NCBI GenBank assembly: GCA_041181165.1 | Contig: JBEGQB010000001.1 | Span: 1-33,370, forward strand | DNA length: 33,370 bases | Direction of reading: 5' to 3' | Source: Actinomycetota bacterium | GTDB lineage: Bacteria > Actinomycetota > Acidimicrobiia > Acidimicrobiales > Ilumatobacteraceae | In this document: in pieces, positions 16,018-25,426 of the stretch | Layout: the number at the start of each line of letters is the position of its first letter | How positions within the stretch are numbered: position 1 is the first letter of the stretch | Made by a program: the position numbers and the translations under genes | Notes under the pieces: generated by a model | Told to the model about the DNA's origin: nothing | Databases searched by the model: none | The model's input: the letters and a program-made list of their open reading frames with translations, nothing else

Positions 16018-17007
16018 CTAGCCCGCTGCACCGATGTACTCGAACACCGTGATCCCGCGTTGAATGACTGCCGTCATGAGCGCGAGTTCGTCGAGTTGAC
16101 CATCACCAACGACGACGACTCCGGTCGGGATGTTCCCCGAGGTCACGCCTCCCTGCAACTGATCGGCGACTGCAGCAGCCAGAGCCCCGGCGATCACGGC
16201 CGTTCGCTCGGCAATTCCTGCAACGTGGGTGACCCGCGCGCCACCGAGTGATCCACGAACCTCCACTCGAAGGCCACCCAAACCACCCTCGGGATGCGGT
16301 GGCGACATCATCGGCAGGCGGGCCGTCAGACGATCTCGTCGGGTCGCCGATACCCGGGCACTGATCCGCTTCACCGACGGGAAGGCGCGATGCAGAACGA
16401 TCGGGTCGGCGAGTTCGGCTCGATAGCAGTCCTTGCCACCGATCGGTTCGGGGAACCAGAAGAGCTCACGTCCGCTACCTCCGGGGCGTTCGATCCACTC
16501 ACCGTCGTGCCATCCAATCGCCTCGCCACCGAGGGCTCGGTGATGCTGTCGCGCGCAGGCTGGGCCACCCGTGCCGTGGAACGCCACGTGAATCTCGTCG
16601 ATGTCATCGAATCGATGACGAAGTTCGGACACCATCAGCCCGGTCATCCCAGGGCTCGCCGCTGCTCCCACGACGAGACAGCGTCCGAGTCGACTCACCT
16701 CCGAATCGTGCCCGAGGAGTTCGTGAACGTCGTCGGGGTCGTCGGTGGTGGTGATCACATGCAGACCCCGACGGAGAAGGGCAATCGCAACAGGAGCCTG
16801 TGGTGTCGGGGTGGCGACGACGACCACATCGGCCACCTCGTCCCGAACGTTGCCATCGGTGAGGGACACGAGGTTCGGCGACGAACCCAATCCGGCGAGT
16901 GCTGCGGGGTCGGGGTCGAACACCACGAGGTGCGAACCAGACGCAGTGAGTTGTCGGGCGACACGTGAGCCGACGGCTCCGAGGCCGACGACGCCAGCCG
17001 GCTTCAC
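16018..17007 (-). CDS. NAD(P)-binding Rossmann protein, saccharopine-dehydrogenase-like
   Basis: N-terminal VVGLGAVGSRVARQL...VVFD dinucleotide-binding fingerprint. The rest resembles Sacchrp_dh-type proteins only loosely. Confidence 0.45.
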   Translation of the reverse strand: MKPAGVVGLGAVGSRVARQLTASGSHLVVFDPDPAALAGLGSSPNLVSLTDGNVRDEVADVVVVATPTPQAPVAIALLRRGLHVITTTDDPDDVHELLGHDSEVSRLGRCLVVGAAASPGMTGLMVSELRHRFDDIDEIHVAFHGTGGPACARQHHRALGGEAIGWHDGEWIERPGGSGRELFWFPEPIGGKDCYRAELADPIVLHRAFPSVKRISARVSATRRDRLTARLPMMSPPHPEGGLGGLRVEVRGSLGGARVTHVAGIAERTAVIAGALAAAVADQLQGGVTSGNIPTGVVVVGDGQLDELALMTAVIQRGITVFEYIGAAG

Positions 17008-17140
17008 GACCGCGGACGGGAGAGTTCGCGCCAGCCACCGCGTTCGGGCGGAACGCCGCCTCGTCCACGCAGGCGAATGGCACCAGCGATCAGACCGGCC
17101 ACTGACAAGGCGGCCATGGCTCGTCTCAACATTTTCACCG

Positions 17141-17214
17141 TGGGGCTAACAGGAGTCGAACCTGTGACCTCATCCTTATCAGGGATGCGCTCTAACCAAC
17201 TGAGCTATAGCCCC
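17141..17214 (-). tRNA. tRNA-Ile (anticodon GAU)
   Basis: Reverse complement: GGGGCTATAGCTCAGTTGGTTAGAGCGCATCCCTGATAAGGATGAGGTCACAGGTTCGACTCCTGTTAGCCCCA. Anticodon loop CTGATAA. CCA is not encoded. Confidence 0.95.
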
Positions 17215-17251
17215 GGCGGGGAAGCACCCTATCGGTGGGGCCCGCACTCCC

Positions 17252-17764
17252 TCAACCAGGGACGGAGTTGGTCGGAGGCTCCTTGGCCGATGGGACTTCC
17301 TCGAGGATCGTGACCTGCACGCCACCCACGAGGTCAGTGATCAGATTGAAGATCGTCGCCATGAGCACGGCGAGTCCCGTGAGCCCCACTACTGCGAAGA
17401 GTCCGAGGATCCAGGCCTGGTGGAAGATTTCACCGCCTTTGAACTCGAATGACTCCCACCCAAAACTCTCCATGAACCTCTCCACGTTGTCGACCGTGCC
17501 CGTGGCATTGGCGACGTTCCAGAGAAGCACGCCAGTCAACAAGAGCGTGAGGTACAGAACGAAGTGGAAAACGAGAGATACCCGGAACACACTCCACGGG
17601 TCGATGTGGCGAACGATGCGAGTGGTGCGCCGAACTCGGCGTCGTTCCCAACGAATGCCCGACGACGAACGGCTTCTCCTCGGACTCGGCGGTTCGAGAG
17701 TGGGTTCGGCGCCATCGGGTTCCACTGCGGGAACGATGAACAGCGGATCGCGCGCCTCCGACAT
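17252..17764 (-). CDS. DUF3566 membrane protein (Rv0007-like, conserved downstream of gyrA)
   Basis: Contains RIVRHIDPWSVFRVSLVFHFVLYL ... LGLFAVVGLTGLAVLMATIFNLITDLVGGVQVTI. Position is gyrA-X-tRNA-Ile, as in Mycobacterium and Streptomyces. Confidence 0.8.
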   Translation of the reverse strand: MSEARDPLFIVPAVEPDGAEPTLEPPSPRRSRSSSGIRWERRRVRRTTRIVRHIDPWSVFRVSLVFHFVLYLTLLLTGVLLWNVANATGTVDNVERFMESFGWESFEFKGGEIFHQAWILGLFAVVGLTGLAVLMATIFNLITDLVGGVQVTILEEVPSAKEPPTNSVPG

Positions 17765-17793
17765 GACCTCAGCGTAGAAGATTCGTCACTTGA

Positions 17794-18063
17794 TCAGGGG
17801 GCAGTCGAGGCCCGTGCTCGAGCGACCAGACCTTCTCGGGAGACTTTCACGACGACATCGGAGTCGATCGCCACCAGTACGACATCGGAAACTCCATTGG
17901 CTTTCGCGATGTGTCGGGCCACATCGGCGCCCTGATCAGCTGCCGCCAGAGCAATTCCATCGGCAATCGCTTGTGCCCGCGCTTGCTCCGTGACGGCATT
18001 GCCCAGACGGACGAAACCGGTCAGGAAGGCGGCTGCCACTGCGAACGTGGCCAGCGCCGTCAC
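17794..18063 (-). CDS. Rv3654c-type TadE-like protein (tad-locus accessory pseudopilin family)
   Basis: 89 aa: TM helix [18 protein letters not shown], then [52 protein letters not shown]. This fits the remembered pattern G.AV..R.RAQ.AAD.AALAAA....A..VA.ANGA......G.DV.V.V. GTG 18063 overlaps the gyrA stop (GTGA). Confidence 0.6.
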   Translation of the reverse strand: MTALATFAVAAAFLTGFVRLGNAVTEQARAQAIADGIALAAADQGADVARHIAKANGVSDVVLVAIDSDVVVKVSREGLVARARASTAP

Positions 18064-20540
18064 TCTTCGTCTTCGCTGGCGATGATGAGGGCCACCGAAG
18101 AGACCGACTGGCCTTCTTCGACGGTCATCACTCGGACACCAGTGGCCGCCCGACCTTGCGAGGAGATGTTGCGCACTTGTGTGCGAATCGTCGAGCCGCC
18201 CGACGTGACAGCGACGATCTCGTCATCGATGCCCGCCATGAATGCCGACACCACGTAGCCCTTTTTCTCCTTGATCTGGATACCGCGAACACCGATTCCG
18301 CCGCGACCTTGCCGGTTGAACTTGTCGAGCTGTGTCCGCTTGCCGTAGCCGGCTTCGGTGATCATCAAGATGGCTGCCTCGTCGCGTGCGACGTCGACAC
18401 TCACGACCTTGTCTCCCGGACGGAGCTTCATGCCACGTACACCAGCCGCCGCTCGCCCCATGGCCCTGACCTCGGCCTCGGAGAACCGGATGGTCATACC
18501 TGAACGGGCCACCATGAAAATGTCGTCGGTACCCGATGTCTCGATCACTCGGACGAGTTCATCGCCATCACGGAGATTCAGAGCGATGAGACCATCGCGA
18601 CGCCCGTTGTCGTACTCGTCGAACGCGGTCTTCTTCACGACACCATCGCGGGTCGCAAAGAACAGATAGCGCTCGGCCGCGAAATCGCGGGTGTCGATGA
18701 TCGCCTCGATCGTCTCTCCAGCCTGCAGCGGCAAGAGGTTGACGATGGGCACACCCTTGGCCGCTCTCTCTCGCTCGGGGACATCGTGCGCTCGGAGTCG
18801 GTACACCCGACCTCGATTCGAGAAGAAGAGCAAATACGCGTGGGCGGTCGTGAAGATGACGTGCTTCACGATGTCGTCGGCCTTGAGCTTGGCACCGGTG
18901 ACGCCCTTGCCCCCTCGACCCTGAGTCTTGAAGTTCGAAGCGGCAACAGCCTTCACGTACTGGGCCTCGGTCATGACGATCACGAGTTCGGTGTCGTCCA
19001 CGAGGTCCTCGAGGCTCATCTCTCCCGAATCGAGAGTGACCGGGCACACACGCGGGGTGGCGAACTCTTCCTTGATGGCGAGCAATTCGTCCTTGATCAC
19101 GGTGCGCAACTTCACGTCATCGGCCAGGATCGATTGAAGTTCGGCGATTCGTTGTGTGAGCTCGGCGATCTCGGCCTCGAGATCGATACGTGACAGGCGC
19201 GTCAATTGACGCAACTGCATATCGAGGATGTCGATCGCTTGAACCTCGGTGAACTCATAGGGCTTGGCCATGAGCTGGGTTTTCGCGGAGCCTGCGTCCT
19301 CGCTTTCGCGGATGAGTTTGATGATCTTGTCGATCACGTTCAGGGCCTTGATGCGGCCCTCGAGGAGGTGCGCTCGTCGCTGTGCGCGATCGAGGCGGTA
19401 TTCGGTTCGACGAGTCAGAACTTCGATCTGATGACGGAGATAACCGTTGATGGCATCGGCAAGCGTGAGTTGACGCGGTACGCCGTCGACCAACGCCACC
19501 ATGTTGACGCCGAAGCTCGTCTGCAACTGTGTCAACTTGAAAAGGTTGTTCAGGACCACGTTGGCGTTTGCATCGCGCTTCAGAGTGATTTGAAGATTCG
19601 TCTTGCCGCCCGAAGATCCGTCGTTGACGTCGGCGATGCCGTCGATCTCACCGGCATCGACCAACTCCTGGATGCGACCGGCGATCGCCGAGCAGCTCGT
19701 CTGGTACGGGAGTTCGGTGACGACGATCTGCATACCGCCACGCTTGGTTTCCTCGATGCTCGCCGTGGCGCGCATCTTGATGCTTCCGCGGCCCGTGCGA
19801 TAGGCGTCCATGATCCCGGACCGACCGAGGATGGTGCCGCCGGTGGGGAAATCCGGACCCTTGACGAACTGCATGAGTTCGTCGGTCGTCGCGGTGGGAT
19901 TGAAGAGCGTGTGCACGCAGGCGTCGATCACTTCACCGAGGTTGTGCGGAGGGATGTTCGTGGCCATGCCGACCGCGATCCCCTGACTTCCGTTGACGAG
20001 CAGATTCGGGAAACGAGCCGGCAGGACGGTTGGTTCCTCGCGACTGCCGTCGTACGTGGCCACCATGTCGACGGTGTTCTCGTCGATGTCGGCCAGAAGT
20101 TGCATGGCCAGCGGATGGAGGCGGCACTCCGTGTAACGACTGGCTGCCGGACCGAAGTCCGGGGATCCGTAGTTGCCATGGAAGTCGATGAGCGGATGGC
20201 GCAGAGAGAACGGCTGCGCCATGCGGACCAGCGCGTCGTAGATCGCGCTGTCGCCATGCGGGTGGTACTTGGCCATGGTGTCACCCGAGACGCGGGCCGA
20301 CTTCACGAAGGGCCGATCGGGGCGGAAGCCCTGCTCGTCCATGTCCCAGATGATGCGCCGGTGGACCGGCTTCAAGCCGTCGCGCACATCGGGAAGCGCG
20401 CGCGACATGATGACCGACATCGCGTAATCGAGAAATGAGCGCTCCATTTCGTCCTGGAGTGCAACCGGTTGTACCGCGATGATCGGCTCCTCGGGAGTCG
20501 AGTCCTCGGGCGGCGGGGGAGGTGTCTTCTTGGATGCCAT
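18060..20540 (-). CDS. gyrA: DNA gyrase subunit A
   Basis: 826 aa. Contains [30 protein letters not shown] (QRDR), the active-site Tyr context ([10 protein letters not shown]), and C-terminal beta-pinwheel repeats with [10 protein letters not shown]-type motifs. Confidence 0.98.
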   Translation of the reverse strand: MASKKTPPPPPEDSTPEEPIIAVQPVALQDEMERSFLDYAMSVIMSRALPDVRDGLKPVHRRIIWDMDEQGFRPDRPFVKSARVSGDTMAKYHPHGDSAIYDALVRMAQPFSLRHPLIDFHGNYGSPDFGPAASRYTECRLHPLAMQLLADIDENTVDMVATYDGSREEPTVLPARFPNLLVNGSQGIAVGMATNIPPHNLGEVIDACVHTLFNPTATTDELMQFVKGPDFPTGGTILGRSGIMDAYRTGRGSIKMRATASIEETKRGGMQIVVTELPYQTSCSAIAGRIQELVDAGEIDGIADVNDGSSGGKTNLQITLKRDANANVVLNNLFKLTQLQTSFGVNMVALVDGVPRQLTLADAINGYLRHQIEVLTRRTEYRLDRAQRRAHLLEGRIKALNVIDKIIKLIRESEDAGSAKTQLMAKPYEFTEVQAIDILDMQLRQLTRLSRIDLEAEIAELTQRIAELQSILADDVKLRTVIKDELLAIKEEFATPRVCPVTLDSGEMSLEDLVDDTELVIVMTEAQYVKAVAASNFKTQGRGGKGVTGAKLKADDIVKHVIFTTAHAYLLFFSNRGRVYRLRAHDVPERERAAKGVPIVNLLPLQAGETIEAIIDTRDFAAERYLFFATRDGVVKKTAFDEYDNGRRDGLIALNLRDGDELVRVIETSGTDDIFMVARSGMTIRFSEAEVRAMGRAAAGVRGMKLRPGDKVVSVDVARDEAAILMITEAGYGKRTQLDKFNRQGRGGIGVRGIQIKEKKGYVVSAFMAGIDDEIVAVTSGGSTIRTQVRNISSQGRAATGVRVMTVEEGQSVSSVALIIASEDEE

Positions 20541-22531
20541 CAGATATCGAGGAACCTCACGTCCTTGGCGTTGGTCTGGATGAAGTGCTTACGACTCTCG
20601 ACGTCGTCGCCCATGAGAACACCCATGATCTCGTCGGCGAGGGCCGCTTCTTCCACGGTCACTTGGAGCAGCGTGCGTGTGTCGATCGACATGGTGGTGG
20701 AGCGCAACTCCTCCCAGTCCATTTCGCCGAGTCCTTTCAGGCGCTGGAACTCCTTCTTGTGGTTCGGGTGTTCTTCGAGGAACTTCGCCTTGGCGAGATC
20801 GTCCTTGAGGTAGATCTTCTCCTTGCCGATCTCGGTTGAATAGAGCGGCGGCTGGGCGATGTAGACGTATCCGGCTTCGACGAGCGGGCGCATCTGGCGG
20901 AAGAAGAACGTGAGCAGCAACGTTCGGATATGACTGCCGTCGACATCGGCGTCGGCGAGGATGATGATCTTGTGATACCGGGACTTGGCGGCATCGAATT
21001 CGTCGCCCACTCCCCCACCGATCGCCGTCACGAGCGCCGTGACTTCCATGTTCTTCAACATCTTGTCGAGGCGGGCGCGTTCGACGTTCAGGATCTTGCC
21101 GCGGATGGGCAGGATCGCCTGGGTGCGCGGGTCTCGCGCATCGAGTGCTGTGCCACCGGCTGAATCGCCCTCGACGATGAAGATTTCGCTCTCTTCTGGA
21201 TTGCCACTTGTGCAGTCCTTGAGTTTGTCCGGCATGCCGGCACCGCTCAGGGCGGTCTTGCGACGAACCGCGTTGCGGGCGTTCTTGGCGGCGACGCGCG
21301 CCTGGGCGGCGGCTTGGGCCTTCTTCACGATCTTGTTGGCTTCGGTCGGGTTCTCGTCGAGCCATTCGGCGAGTCGTTCATTGGTGGCCTTCTGAACGAA
21401 CGAGCGCATCGAGACGTTTCCGAGTTTCGCTTTGGTCTGGCCTTCGAACTGTGGTTCGGAGAGTTTCACCGAGATGATCGCCGTGATGCCTTCGCGGATG
21501 TCTTCGCCGAGAAGGTTGTCCTCCTTCTCCTTCAACAGACCTCGCGACCGCGCGTACTTGTTGACCACGCTCGTGAGAGCGGTCTTGAACCCTTCGACGT
21601 GCATTCCACCTTCGGTGGTACTGATGCCGTTGGCATAGCCGTGGATTCCCTCGTAGTAACCGGTGTTCCACTGGACCGCGATGTCGAGCATCTGGCCCTC
21701 TTCTTCGTCCTCGTAGTGAGCGACCTTGTTGAAGAGGGCTTCTTTCGACTGATTCAGATGCTTCACGTAGTCGACGATGCCGCCCTTGTACTGGAACGTG
21801 ACCTCTTGTTCCTTGCCTGGTCGTTCGTCGCGGAAGACGATCTCGAGGCCGCGATTCAGGAAGGCCATGGTCTGCAGTCGTTCGAGAACGGTTCGCGCCA
21901 CGAACTCCACGCCTTCGGAAGCAAAGATGGTCTGATCGGGCCAGAAAGTCACCGTGGTTCCGGTCTTGCGACCGCGTCCGGGCGTAGGTCCGGTTGATCC
22001 GAGTTTTCCTTGCGGCTTTCCGCCGTTGCGGAATTCCTGCTCGTACCGCTTTCCGTCGCGGTCGATCTCGAGGGTCACGCGACGCGACAAGGCGTTCACG
22101 ACCGACACACCCACGCCATGGAGGCCGCCCGACACCTTGTACCCCTCACCACCGAACTTTCCGCCGGCATGCAGAACCGTGAGCACGACCTCCGCTGCAC
22201 TCTTGCCCTTGTGAGGCCCTGACGGATACGGATCGACCGGGATGCCGCGACCGTTGTCCTCCACTGCACAACCTCCATCGGGGAGGAGAGTCACGCCGAT
22301 TCGGGTGCAGTAACCAGCCATTGCTTCGTCGACGGAGTTGTCGACGACTTCCCAGATGAGGTGGTGGAGACCGGCCAGACCGGTGGACCCGATGTACATA
22401 CCGGGGCGCTTGCGAACCGGGTCCAGACCCTCGAGAACCTGGATGTCCTTGGCGCCGTAATCGGCGCTGGGGGTGGTGTTCTTGGCGGTCACGCGTACCT
22501 CGATCGGCTCATTCGGAGGGGTCTCCGGCAT
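20540..22531 (-). CDS. gyrB: DNA gyrase subunit B
   Basis: 663 aa. Contains [56 protein letters not shown], the EGDSAGG Toprim motif and [10 protein letters not shown]-like IRGKILNVE. Confidence 0.98.
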   Translation of the reverse strand: MPETPPNEPIEVRVTAKNTTPSADYGAKDIQVLEGLDPVRKRPGMYIGSTGLAGLHHLIWEVVDNSVDEAMAGYCTRIGVTLLPDGGCAVEDNGRGIPVDPYPSGPHKGKSAAEVVLTVLHAGGKFGGEGYKVSGGLHGVGVSVVNALSRRVTLEIDRDGKRYEQEFRNGGKPQGKLGSTGPTPGRGRKTGTTVTFWPDQTIFASEGVEFVARTVLERLQTMAFLNRGLEIVFRDERPGKEQEVTFQYKGGIVDYVKHLNQSKEALFNKVAHYEDEEEGQMLDIAVQWNTGYYEGIHGYANGISTTEGGMHVEGFKTALTSVVNKYARSRGLLKEKEDNLLGEDIREGITAIISVKLSEPQFEGQTKAKLGNVSMRSFVQKATNERLAEWLDENPTEANKIVKKAQAAAQARVAAKNARNAVRRKTALSGAGMPDKLKDCTSGNPEESEIFIVEGDSAGGTALDARDPRTQAILPIRGKILNVERARLDKMLKNMEVTALVTAIGGGVGDEFDAAKSRYHKIIILADADVDGSHIRTLLLTFFFRQMRPLVEAGYVYIAQPPLYSTEIGKEKIYLKDDLAKAKFLEEHPNHKKEFQRLKGLGEMDWEELRSTTMSIDTRTLLQVTVEEAALADEIMGVLMGDDVESRKHFIQTNAKDVRFLDI

Positions 22532-22708
22532 GTGGGAAACGGGGGTCTTCCACAGGCGGTCGGAGGGCTCATCACAACATCGGAAATTCTACTTCATCCA
22601 GGACCCGAAATCGTGCCAAAACAAGCCCTGTGAGCAGGGAAAATGTCCTTCGGTCGAGGGCGGAAAAATGGGCTTGCCGAAGGTGTCCTCCGACACCCCG
22701 AATGACGG

Positions 22709-23008
22709 TCAGCGGCGGCGGCGAACCCGGATCTCGATGCGCTCGACCGACATCCCGCCGGACTCCTTCAAACGACCGAGGAGGTCGGCCTCGAGGAACT
22801 TCATCTGGGTGGCCCAGGTGGGGTCATCGACCTCGACGATCAGGGTTCCACCATCGAGCTTCAGGGGCTTCACATGGGCCGCCACCGACTCACCGACGAG
22901 ATCGGTCCAGCGGGAAAAGACGGTCACCGTCGTTTGGCGGTCGCCGCCTTTCAACGAACGAAGCAAGCGGTCGAGGGCGGAGTTCAGCGGTTGCGGTTCT
23001 TCGCTCAC
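22709..23008 (-). CDS. DUF721 (DciA-family) protein, Rv0004-like
   Basis: 99 aa. Contains W..LVGESVAAHVKPLKLDGGTLIVEVDDPTWATQMKFL. Position is between recF and gyrB. GTG overlaps the recF stop (GTGA). Confidence 0.85.
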   Translation of the reverse strand: MSEEPQPLNSALDRLLRSLKGGDRQTTVTVFSRWTDLVGESVAAHVKPLKLDGGTLIVEVDDPTWATQMKFLEADLLGRLKESGGMSVERIEIRVRRRR

Positions 23009-24084
23009 GACTCGACCCTCCCCTGCTCGATTCGCAGAACTCGATCTGGTCGCGCCGCCACCGGCAACGGACTAGCCGTCGTGATAACCACCTGACCGTC
23101 GGGCAAATGGGCCAGGAGCGCTTCACATCGGTCGGGGTCCAGTTCGCTCAGAACGTCGTCGAGGATCAACAACGGAGTCATGTCGGTGGACGTCGCGACC
23201 AGCCGGTGGGCAGCCAATCGAAGCGAGAGTGCCAACGATCGCATCTCCCCCTGGCTCGCATGGGTTCGGGCCGGCATCGAACCGAGTGTCAACTCCACGT
23301 CGTCACGATGCGGACCGACGGTCGACACTCCCCGCCGGACGTCGTCGGTCCTCGCCGCACGCAACGCCGCCGCGAGTCCGGACCGGCGCCACTCGGGTTC
23401 GTAACGGATTCCGACAGCCAAGGACTGACCGGCCAGTTGCTGATATGCCTCTTCGACGAGAGGTTGGAGTCGTGCCAACAGGTTGGCGCGGACCTGGCCG
23501 AGTTCATCACCGAGAGACGCAAGGCGTTCGTCCCACACGTCGAGGGTGAAGCCGGCGTCATCGGACAGACGACCGTTGCACTGTCGCAAGAGGGTGTTCC
23601 GTTGCTTCAACACTCGTTCGAGGTCGAGTCGAAGCGCGTCGTTCTTCACCGCCAGACTCACGAGGGTCTCGTCGCAGAATCTTCGACGTTCCGACGGAGC
23701 ACCCTTCACGAGTTCGAGATCGTCAGGGGAAAAGACCGTGACCCGGAGCACCCCGAGGAGATCGCGGGTTCTCTGAAGACGTTGGCGATTGACCAAGACG
23801 TTGGTTCGTCCTTGCCGAGGGATCTGAATCTCGACGAGGAGCTCTCGACCATCGGCGTGCCGAACCGTCGCACGAACGAACGCGGTTTCGGCACCGTCGC
23901 GTACGAGAGCACTCGTCGGAGCGAGTCGGAAGCTCTCGAGCGTCGCCAGAAAACTCATCGCTTCGGCGACGTTCGTCTTCCCTTGTGCATTCTTCCCGAC
24001 GATGGCCGTGATGCCGGCGGTGAAGTCGAACGAAGCCTGCGAATAGTTCCGGAAGTCGACGAGCTCGAGACGCTCGATGAACAT
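23005..24084 (-). CDS. recF: DNA replication/repair protein RecF
   Basis: Contains MFIERLELVDFRNY, Walker A GKNAQGKTN, the signature SQGEMRSLALSLRLA and LLILDDVLSELD. ATG overlaps the dnaN stop (TGATG). Confidence 0.95.
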   Translation of the reverse strand: MFIERLELVDFRNYSQASFDFTAGITAIVGKNAQGKTNVAEAMSFLATLESFRLAPTSALVRDGAETAFVRATVRHADGRELLVEIQIPRQGRTNVLVNRQRLQRTRDLLGVLRVTVFSPDDLELVKGAPSERRRFCDETLVSLAVKNDALRLDLERVLKQRNTLLRQCNGRLSDDAGFTLDVWDERLASLGDELGQVRANLLARLQPLVEEAYQQLAGQSLAVGIRYEPEWRRSGLAAALRAARTDDVRRGVSTVGPHRDDVELTLGSMPARTHASQGEMRSLALSLRLAAHRLVATSTDMTPLLILDDVLSELDPDRCEALLAHLPDGQVVITTASPLPVAARPDRVLRIEQGRVES

Positions 24085-25175
24085 CAGGACCGCAGCGGCA
24101 TCAACAGGTACGTGTAAGCGGTGTCGTCCTTGGGACGAATCACCGCCAATTTGCCCGGCTCACTCGTCTGAATCGTCACGAACTCGGTCTGACATGCCTC
24201 GATGCCCGCAGCGAGGAACTCGTTGTTGAACGACATCTCGATCTCGTTGCCGGTCAGCTCACCGTCGAGTTGCTCATACGATTCGCCGTTGTCCTGACTG
24301 ACGATGCGCATCGTCACGCCGTCGTTGGCCATACGAATTCGCAGTGGAGTACCGATCGGATCTCGAGCTACCAACTTCACGCGCCGAATCGCTTCGAGTG
24401 CTTCCTCACGATTGAGTGTGACCGTGTTGGGCTGTGGCGGTGGCACGAGTCGCTTGTAGTCGTGGTACGTGCCTTGGATGAGTCGGGTGACGAGACGCGT
24501 GTTGCCGACATGGAACGTCGCGTCGTGATCGGTGACCTCGATCCCGACGGTGTCACCGAGTGCGAGAAGCCGTTGTAACTCCCCGAGTGCGCGCGCGGGA
24601 ACGATGACTTGCGTGCCATCCGGCAAGACGGACGCCGAGATCTCACGAATCGCCAAGCGATACGAGTCGGTCGCGACCAAACGGAGAGTTCCGGAGTCAC
24701 TCGTCACGAGAACGCCGGTGATCACTCCTCGGGCATCGTCGGTGCTGGCCGCACGTACGACCTGCTTCAGAGCATCGGAAAGATCCGCTGACGGGATCGA
24801 CGAACCACCACCCGTGGACCCCGACCACTTCGGAAAATCGCCTTCGGCACCGATTGGGACCGCAAAATTCGTACGGGCAGAGGAGATCTGAACTTTGTCG
24901 CCGGTGACTTCGACCGTCACAGCGCCCGGCTTCATCGAGCGCACGACTTCACTGGCCAACTTCGCCGGAACGAGAACAACTCCATCCTCGCCATCGGCCA
25001 CCTGGATCGAGGACTCGATGGTCAGATCACCGTCGGTTCCGGTGACCCGCAATTGGTTCTTGGCGAGGACGAGGCGCAAACACGACAACACCGGATTTGT
25101 GGCTCGTCCGGTGGCTGCTCGACTGGCCGCACCGAAAGCCTCGGCCAGCACACCCTGCTCACACTTGAACTTCAC
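24084..25175 (-). CDS. dnaN: DNA polymerase III beta sliding clamp
   Basis: 363 aa. Begins MKFKCEQGVLAEAFGAASRA and ends LAVIRPKDD...YLLMPLRS. Position is downstream of dnaA. GTG start at 25175. Confidence 0.95.
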   Translation of the reverse strand: MKFKCEQGVLAEAFGAASRAATGRATNPVLSCLRLVLAKNQLRVTGTDGDLTIESSIQVADGEDGVVLVPAKLASEVVRSMKPGAVTVEVTGDKVQISSARTNFAVPIGAEGDFPKWSGSTGGGSSIPSADLSDALKQVVRAASTDDARGVITGVLVTSDSGTLRLVATDSYRLAIREISASVLPDGTQVIVPARALGELQRLLALGDTVGIEVTDHDATFHVGNTRLVTRLIQGTYHDYKRLVPPPQPNTVTLNREEALEAIRRVKLVARDPIGTPLRIRMANDGVTMRIVSQDNGESYEQLDGELTGNEIEMSFNNEFLAAGIEACQTEFVTIQTSEPGKLAVIRPKDDTAYTYLLMPLRS

Positions 25176-25426
25176 GACGACGTCCTCTCGGGTTGGCTTG
25201 TTGTCATCATCCGGTGGCCCATCAACCTAGTGCTTGTAATAAGTGCTGTGGATTGTGGACGACGGCGCGTCGTGGCAGGAAGTCGTGCAAATCCGAGCGC
25301 GCGCTGTTGTGCACACGCGTCCACACCGCGCGAGGCGCTGACCAGCGCGTCCGTGGACAACGCGGGGTTGTTCACAAGATGACCCCCGTCGCGCACACAC
25401 CTAGTCCACATGGTCGTCCCCAACGG
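25176..25426. promoter_or_regulatory. Putative oriC core: DnaA-box cluster in the dnaA-dnaN intergenic region
   Basis: Near-consensus boxes relative to TTGTCCACA/TGTGGACAA: tgtggattg 25247, tgtggacga 25254, ttgtgcaca 25307, gcgtccaca 25317, cgtggacaa 25352, ttgttcaca 25368, tagtccaca 25402. There is a short AT-rich patch, cttgtaataagtg, at 25232..25244. Confidence 0.7.

Noticed and set aside
19206-20438. 410-aa plus-strand ORF inside gyrA
   Set aside because: It is antisense to gyrA and is a shadow ORF caused by GC3 bias.
20589-21365. 258-aa Arg-rich alternative-frame ORF within gyrB on the same strand
   Set aside because: It is out of frame with an unambiguous gyrB reading frame, and its extreme Arg/Pro/Gly composition is typical of off-frame translation of GC-rich coding DNA.
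22630-24117. 495-aa plus-strand ORF
   Set aside because: It is antisense to recF and the DUF721 gene. The product is Arg/Ser/Gly-rich with no recognisable domain.
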